A stretch of DNA of 64,000 nucleotides from Nibricoccus sp. (GTDB lineage: Bacteria; Verrucomicrobiota; Verrucomicrobiia; Opitutales; Opitutaceae), in the NCBI GenBank assembly GCA_047602425.1, contig JASGHG010000001.1, forward strand, positions 4,288,001 to 4,352,000, written 5' to 3'. Within the stretch, counting starts at the first letter, position 1, and every line of letters starts with the position of its first letter. Both the position numbers and the translations under genes were made by a program. The notes below the pieces were generated by a model that was not told the DNA's origin, made no database searches, and saw only the letters and a program-made list of their open reading frames with translations. Below, piece after piece: positions 59,536 through 64,000 of the stretch.

Positions 59536-60231
59536 ATGAATCTGTTTTTGCCTCTTCTCGCCACGACCAACCCCATTCAGGTTTTCATGCGTTGCGACGC
59601 CGCCGGCCAGGTCATCACGGTGGGTTTGTTGATTGCCAGTCTCTTTGCCTGGACCGTGATGATCGGAAAACATTTCGAGCTGAAACGCCTGCGTCTGCTC
59701 AACCACTCGTTTGAACAACGCCTCCGCGAAGAGCGTGCGGTGCTTCAGCTTCCCGAATCGTTTCGCGGCAAACGCGTGATTCCCTACGGCGACCTGTTTG
59801 CCGACGCGATCGAGGCTTACTGGCGCGCGGAGGCTCTGGCGAAGGAACGTGGAGACACAGCGGTTCGCACGCGCTTGGAGCACGCGGAAAACGCCCTGCA
59901 ACGCGCTCTTGCCCGCCAGACGCTTCGCTACGAATCGAGCATGGTGTTTCTGGCCACGCTGGTCTCGGGCGCGCCGTTTCTCGGGCTGCTTGGCACGGTT
60001 TGGGGCGTCATGGAAGCCTTTACCGCCGTATCGATGTTGCAAAACGTCGGTATCCCCGCGCTCGCCCCCGGCGTTTCGGCCGCGTTGCTCACCACGATCG
60101 CCGGCCTGATTGTCGCGATTCCCTCGGTCTTTGGTTACAATTACCTTCTCGCCAACACGAAGGTCATGATCACCGAACTGGAAAACTACGCCAGTTCCCT
60201 CGCTGATCGCATCGAACTCGAATCGCAGTAA
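59536..60231 (+). CDS. MotA/TolQ/ExbB proton channel protein
   Basis: APFLGLLGTVWGVM, APGVSAALLTT.AGL.VAIP. Confidence 0.93.
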   Translation: MNLFLPLLATTNPIQVFMRCDAAGQVITVGLLIASLFAWTVMIGKHFELKRLRLLNHSFEQRLREERAVLQLPESFRGKRVIPYGDLFADAIEAYWRAEALAKERGDTAVRTRLEHAENALQRALARQTLRYESSMVFLATLVSGAPFLGLLGTVWGVMEAFTAVSMLQNVGIPALAPGVSAALLTTIAGLIVAIPSVFGYNYLLANTKVMITELENYASSLADRIELESQ

Positions 60232-60267
60232 TTGCCGAGCTAGTCACAACCGCTAAATCATTTCATC

Positions 60268-60696
60268 ATGGCTCGCAGTTTCAGACGTCAACGTGCCGCC
60301 CATCCGATCGCGGAGCTCAACGTCACCAACATGATCGATCTTGGCTTCACGCTGCTGATCATTTTCATGACCGCGGCAAGCGTCAGCCAACAGGAGCAGT
60401 CGATTAACATTAATCTGCCCCAACATTCAAAGACACTACAACCCAAGCCCGATAAGGACACAAAGTTTGTCACGGTTGCGATCGACAATAAGGGGGCGTA
60501 TTACATCGACGGCGCCAACGTTACGTGGGCCCGTCTTTCCGAACGTCTGCATGACCTCGGGTTGTCCTCGAATCCCCCGGTTATTCGCATCCGCGGCGAC
60601 GCCAAGGTGGTTTACGAAAAAATCGTCGCCCTCATGGACGAGTTGCACAAAAACAATCTGAGCAAAATCAGTTTCGACACCCAGGTGAAGGATTGA
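60268..60696 (+). CDS. TolR/ExbD family protein
   Basis: ELNVTNMIDL..LLIIFM, IRGD. Confidence 0.92.
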   Translation: MARSFRRQRAAHPIAELNVTNMIDLGFTLLIIFMTAASVSQQEQSININLPQHSKTLQPKPDKDTKFVTVAIDNKGAYYIDGANVTWARLSERLHDLGLSSNPPVIRIRGDAKVVYEKIVALMDELHKNNLSKISFDTQVKD

Positions 60697-60738
60697 AGGT
60701 AAGAAAAATCCGTTCGACGCGTCATCCCACTGCCCGCC

Positions 60739-61716
60739 ATGAACGCCCGTTCACCCGCCGCCTTCGCGCTTTCGATATCGCTGCATGCACTCTTTGCGGC
60801 GGCGATGTTTTTTGCGGCCTATGCGATGAGGGACGAGATCACAAAACCGGCGAAGACCTTTGAACTGGTTGCTGGGCCGGGCGACAACTATCGCGCTACC
60901 GAGGCGCCCGCGTTGGGCAGCCCCGAAGGCACGAAAGTCGAGATGCCAAATCTTCCTCCGCTGCCTCTGCCGCCCGCTCCGACGCCGCCCGCGCCCGAAC
61001 CTGTTGTCTCTGCCCAGCCTGAGCCGTCGCCGGTGGAAGCTGTTCCGCCACCGAAAGAGACTCCGGCTCCGGTGCCACCCAAGAAAACTCCGCCCAAGCC
61101 GGAACCTTCGCCTATTGCCAAGCCGGAACCCAAGAAACCCGATCCCGTGGTCCCCGACCTGAACCGCACGATCAAACGGACCCAGAATAAGATCGCGTAT
61201 CAACAGAAGAAACAGCGTGACAAAGAAGCCAAAGCCGCCAAGGCAGCGGAAGCCGCAGCCGCGCTCAAGGCCAAGCAGGCCGAAATGGCGGCCCGTCTAA
61301 AAGCCGCCCAAGCGGGCGTAGGAGGGCAGAGTGGTCTCAAGAAAATCGACGCCAAAGGCATCGCTCAAGGCGTCGTCGGCGGCTCTGTCAACAATACGAA
61401 AGGAGGGGCTGGAGGCACGGCTTTGAGTCGTGAAGAACAGGACCTGCTTCAGACTTATCTCACCTTGCTCAAGCTGCGCATCCGCGAGAACCATGAAATA
61501 CCGACGGGCTTGAGCGACAATCTGGTCGCCCGGGTGGAAATTTATGTGGCGGCGGATGGAAGCATTCCTAAGTCCAAGATTGCGAAGTCCTCCGGCAATG
61601 CCGAATACGACGCATCCGCGCTGGCGGCAGTGAGAAATTTCAGGTCGGTGGGCCCCCGCCCCGACGGCAAAGGCAGCAGTTTCACCTTTGACCTGAAAAT
61701 GAATGACGAGGATTAA
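60739..61716 (+). CDS. TolA/TonB-like energy transducer
   Basis: TM with SxxLH, Pro-rich and Ala/Lys-rich linker, C-terminal SSGNAEYDASALAAV. Confidence 0.85.
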   Translation: MNARSPAAFALSISLHALFAAAMFFAAYAMRDEITKPAKTFELVAGPGDNYRATEAPALGSPEGTKVEMPNLPPLPLPPAPTPPAPEPVVSAQPEPSPVEAVPPPKETPAPVPPKKTPPKPEPSPIAKPEPKKPDPVVPDLNRTIKRTQNKIAYQQKKQRDKEAKAAKAAEAAAALKAKQAEMAARLKAAQAGVGGQSGLKKIDAKGIAQGVVGGSVNNTKGGAGGTALSREEQDLLQTYLTLLKLRIRENHEIPTGLSDNLVARVEIYVAADGSIPKSKIAKSSGNAEYDASALAAVRNFRSVGPRPDGKGSSFTFDLKMNDED

Positions 61717-61772
61717 AAAGTCCTTGCATTCCCGGCAGAAACTTTGATTTTCCACACCCTCACGTTGGTTAC

Positions 61773-61848
61773 GGGCTCGTAGCTCAGTTGGAAGAGCGCC
61801 TCAATGGCATTGAGGAGGTCGTCAGTTCGAACCTGATCGGGTCCACCA
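61773..61848 (+). tRNA. tRNA-Ala(GGC)
   Basis: 76-nt cloverleaf; G3:U70 pair; anticodon loop ATGGCAT; TTCGAA; encoded CCA. Confidence 0.96.
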
Positions 61849-62128
61849 ACGCACGGCGGAAGAGGGCATTGAAGGGAGCGGCGCTTTTGTTGGCCTAGGC
61901 TAACACCTTATTCTGAGCATGCTTGTGGCCCAATCTGAACCACGCCCTGCGGTGTGCCAGATCTGTCTTTTGCGGGTTTGCGCAGCGGCGGGCTCGGCCT
62001 ATGTTTAAAGCGTGCAATCCAACTCCGATCATGTCGCTACCTTGGAAACGATGGTGCCGCCCAATTGCGGAGTCAGCTGCACGTGTACGGGAGAGGAGCG
62101 AGGCGGTTGTGAACTTTTTCGCTGGGTG

Positions 62129-63028
62129 ATGGAATCGCGGAGCGGGTGTCGGGACGGTGTCTCGAGCGCATTATTCGCCTCTTTGCCCGCGCCCAAAACT
62201 GCGGAAGTCTACGGTGTGCGATACGCGGTTTTTGAACGGCCCGACTTTGGCCAATTGCTCGTGACGCGTTATGGCTGGCCATTGCTTCGGGCGCTGATGC
62301 CGGACCGGTGGTATGCGGAAGGAAAATTTTGGCGGAACGGCGAGCGCATGGGTCAATCAACGGGAACTGTTTACCGTTATGGCGTGAAGGAAGAAAATGG
62401 CGCGACGAACGATTTTGTGATCAAGGTCAGTCGCTACGCGCAGGATGTGCCATTTTATGCGAGCGCGACCTTTCTCGGCCGGTTCCCGGAATCGGTGGTG
62501 GCCTCGCTCCGTTTCAACAATCCCTTTGAAGAATTCGGGCGTCTCAACCGTTTGCGTTCTAGCAAACAGGGTCCGCGGCTGTATACAAAACGCCCACTGG
62601 CGATTTATAGCCCGCCGGAACAGCTTCAGCTTTGGCAACATGGTCGCGGGGAAAGCGCGGCTGAGATGGAAAAACAAGCGGTCGCGGGATTTCAGGAAAC
62701 AGGACGAGTGCGAATCGAACTCGATCCGTTGCGTTCCTATTATTCCCTCTTTGGATGGGTTAAGGGTGTGGATGCAAGCACGCTTTTTCAGGCCGGCCAG
62801 CTGTCTGAGGCGGACATGCTGCAACTGACGGAGGACAGCATTGCGGACTTGATGGCCCACGGAATGATCGTATTGGACCACAAACCTGCACACCTTATCC
62901 TTCGTCCCAAGGCGAACGGAGCCGGTTGCCTGCGCCGACCGGATGGCCGCATTGTTTATGCATTGGTCGATTTCGAATTGTTGGCCGACCTGCCGGCAGC
63001 GGAAAAAAGCAGGGTGGGTAACATATAA
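62129..63028 (+). CDS. Hypothetical protein with protein-kinase-like motifs
   Basis: STGTVYR, FVIKVSR, EEF, LDHKPAHLIL, VDFE; start uncertain (frame open from 62012). Confidence 0.7.
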   Translation: MESRSGCRDGVSSALFASLPAPKTAEVYGVRYAVFERPDFGQLLVTRYGWPLLRALMPDRWYAEGKFWRNGERMGQSTGTVYRYGVKEENGATNDFVIKVSRYAQDVPFYASATFLGRFPESVVASLRFNNPFEEFGRLNRLRSSKQGPRLYTKRPLAIYSPPEQLQLWQHGRGESAAEMEKQAVAGFQETGRVRIELDPLRSYYSLFGWVKGVDASTLFQAGQLSEADMLQLTEDSIADLMAHGMIVLDHKPAHLILRPKANGAGCLRRPDGRIVYALVDFELLADLPAAEKSRVGNI

Positions 63029-63120
63029 AAATTCCAAACGCCGTCAGGCGCCATGTTAGCGGCACTGCGGGGAGCCCACGGCGAAACACCGCAAGCTCCC
63101 CAAAGGTTGCCAAACCAATT

Positions 63121-64000
63121 TCAATCGTTTTCGGTCACGAGGAAATTTTTGAACTGCCACGGGTCCTGGGTATCGATGTTGGGTAGGTTGAACCGGTCAA
63201 ACGCCCGATATGAGTCCTTCAACGGCGTCCAATCGGAAGGGGTTGAAATGAATTCTCCGAGATAGGGCTTGGCGACGCGCAGGATGAAGTCGTGTGGCAA
63301 ATCATCCGGCACGCAAAATCCACACTGTGGATTTTCCAGCATCCAGAGGATTCCAGAAACAATTCCAATCGCCACTTGCACCGTGGTGGCGTTTTGGTGC
63401 GGCACGAGGCGGCGGGCTTCCCGGATGCGGAGATGGCTTCCTGTCCACCAAGAGTTGTAAGGATGACCCATGAGGAGTGCGCCCAGGAGATCGGAACCCT
63501 CGGCGATGTCGTCGTTTAGAATCCTGTGATTTGGCGCTAGTCGGTAGTTTTGTCCCCGAAGTTCATGCAGGGATGCGACTGCACTGTCGCAGGGGCAATA
63601 GGCATAGTGAACCGTGGGGCGGTAGACCGCCTTGCCATTTTCCCAAACGGTCAGTTTGTCGGAAATCGTGAAGGCTTCGCCGTGGCGAATGAGCATGCCG
63701 ACGATTGTGTCGTGAGGGACCCACGAGCGAACCCAAGTATTCATACCCATGCGCGAGATACAAATCTGGTTGCAGGGGCCGTCCGCGTGTTGGTGCGCGA
63801 AGGCAGGCAAGGTCCGTTCATGAGTGCCCCAGCCGAGTTCGGCGGTGGTGGTGCCTTCTTCGCGGAAACCTTCGACGCTCCACGTGTTCACGAATTCGTT
63901 GGGGCGTTTTGGGATGTTGGTGACCTGAGTATCGCGCTCGGCGCAGTGGATTACCCGGACGTTTAGCCGCGCCGCGAGTCGATTGAACGAGCGCGAGTTG
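63121..64000 (-). CDS. hss: Homospermidine synthase (3' part; runs off window end)
   Basis: IHCAERDTQ...EFVNTWSVEGF, AELGWGTHE, YRPTVHYAY.PC, QNATT.QV, DPWQFKNF. Confidence 0.93.
   Translation of the reverse strand, partial: NSRSFNRLAARLNVRVIHCAERDTQVTNIPKRPNEFVNTWSVEGFREEGTTTAELGWGTHERTLPAFAHQHADGPCNQICISRMGMNTWVRSWVPHDTIVGMLIRHGEAFTISDKLTVWENGKAVYRPTVHYAYCPCDSAVASLHELRGQNYRLAPNHRILNDDIAEGSDLLGALLMGHPYNSWWTGSHLRIREARRLVPHQNATTVQVAIGIVSGILWMLENPQCGFCVPDDLPHDFILRVAKPYLGEFISTPSDWTPLKDSYRAFDRFNLPNIDTQDPWQFKNFLVTEND

Noticed and set aside
60950..61320. Pro/Lys/Ala-rich repeats in the TolA/TonB-like gene
   Set aside because: Expected linker composition for this family

Overview
GC-rich bacterial chromosomal window, most likely Verrucomicrobiota (Opitutaceae-like). 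Evidence for this is the PVC-signature small basic protein and a Verrucomicrobia-type TGTTC-N4-GAACA LexA box. Content is mostly housekeeping: DUF1302/DUF1329/YCF48/RND operon, uvrA, cysI, an S41 protease with two Sel1 paralogs, hrpB, a lexA-imuA-imuB-dnaE2 cassette extended by an EndoQ-like nuclease, recQ, an rml operon, tRNA-Leu, rpoZ-smpB-thrH, oppD/F, LPS GT9 genes, serS-tilS-ftsH, ugd, MATE, tmk-holB, tolQRA-like genes, tRNA-Ala and a partial homospermidine synthase. The most striking unexplained structure is a set of inverted arrays of short tandem repeats (6-, 7- and 9/10-mers) at gene junctions inside operons. Two of these array pairs enclose a small AT-richer cargo gene (a four-helix-bundle protein and a GxxExxY nuclease-like protein) whose start codon lies in the repeat. 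Empty copies of the same families and in-frame repeat insertions into host genes occur elsewhere in the window. All calls come from reading motifs by eye; no database searches were run.
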